Source: an uncultured Gemmatimonadales bacterium (GTDB lineage: Bacteria; Gemmatimonadota; Gemmatimonadetes; Gemmatimonadales; GWC2-71-9). From it: a DNA stretch of 64,000 nt. Below, one piece after another: positions 63,979 to 64,000 of the stretch (positions are counted from its first letter, which is position 1; the number at the start of each line of letters is the position of its first letter). A program made the position numbers and the translations under genes. The notes under the pieces were generated by a model, which was not told the origin of the DNA, did no database searches, and saw only the letters and a program-made list of their open reading frames with translations. The stretch is from NCBI GenBank assembly GCA_963842945.1, contig CAWJIM010000016.1, forward strand, positions 160,001 through 224,000, written 5' to 3'.

Positions 63979-64000
63979 GGACGGGCCCTCCGGGCCAGCC

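Noticed and set aside
63975..64000. 3' end of the gene upstream of cmk (aroA by common synteny)
   Set aside because: Only 26 nt visible; cannot be identified from sequence

Overview
High-GC bacterial core-genome window, most consistent with Gemmatimonadota (inferred from gene order and protein features, not from a database search). 1-13.4 kb is a + strand purine cluster: purB-purC-psd-pssA-purS-purQ-(Zn-ribbon)-purL-purF-ppdK-purE-purK-DUF2911. Next come a cysteine-desulfurase-like gene, an Ig-domain/M8-like metalloprotease lipoprotein and tmRNA (tag ANTELALAA). The rest is mostly a long - strand run: cmk-rpsA | DUF4239-DUF3300-DUF2950 | pccB-TPR-accC-rlmD-like-BCCP | rplM-rpsI-t44-rpsB-tsf-pyrH-frr-uppS-cdsA-dxr-rseP | rpsO-pnp-M16-ald-dut-mreBCD-mrdA-rodA-accD-folC-hisS-proS-lysA-guaA | dusB-larB-corA-GGDEF. 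From ~16.9 to ~42.3 kb and in cmk, essential genes carry many indels and a visibly different (higher-GC) codon style, which points to a long-read or mixed-strain consensus artefact, so gene boundaries there are approximate. No integrase, transposase, CRISPR array, rRNA or tRNA was seen. The best leads are all inferences: (i) D-S/T sequon-rich exported proteins plus a stand-alone TMEM260/DUF2723-like domain, suggesting possible Bacteroidota-type O-glycosylation; (ii) a small protein in the pur operon with an IF1-like helix and a Zn ribbon; (iii) the DUF4239-DUF3300-DUF2950 envelope module; (iv) an orphan larB coupled to corA; (v) recurrent intergenic 7/8/9-mer repeat arrays, mostly inverted; (vi) several probable leaderless transcripts.
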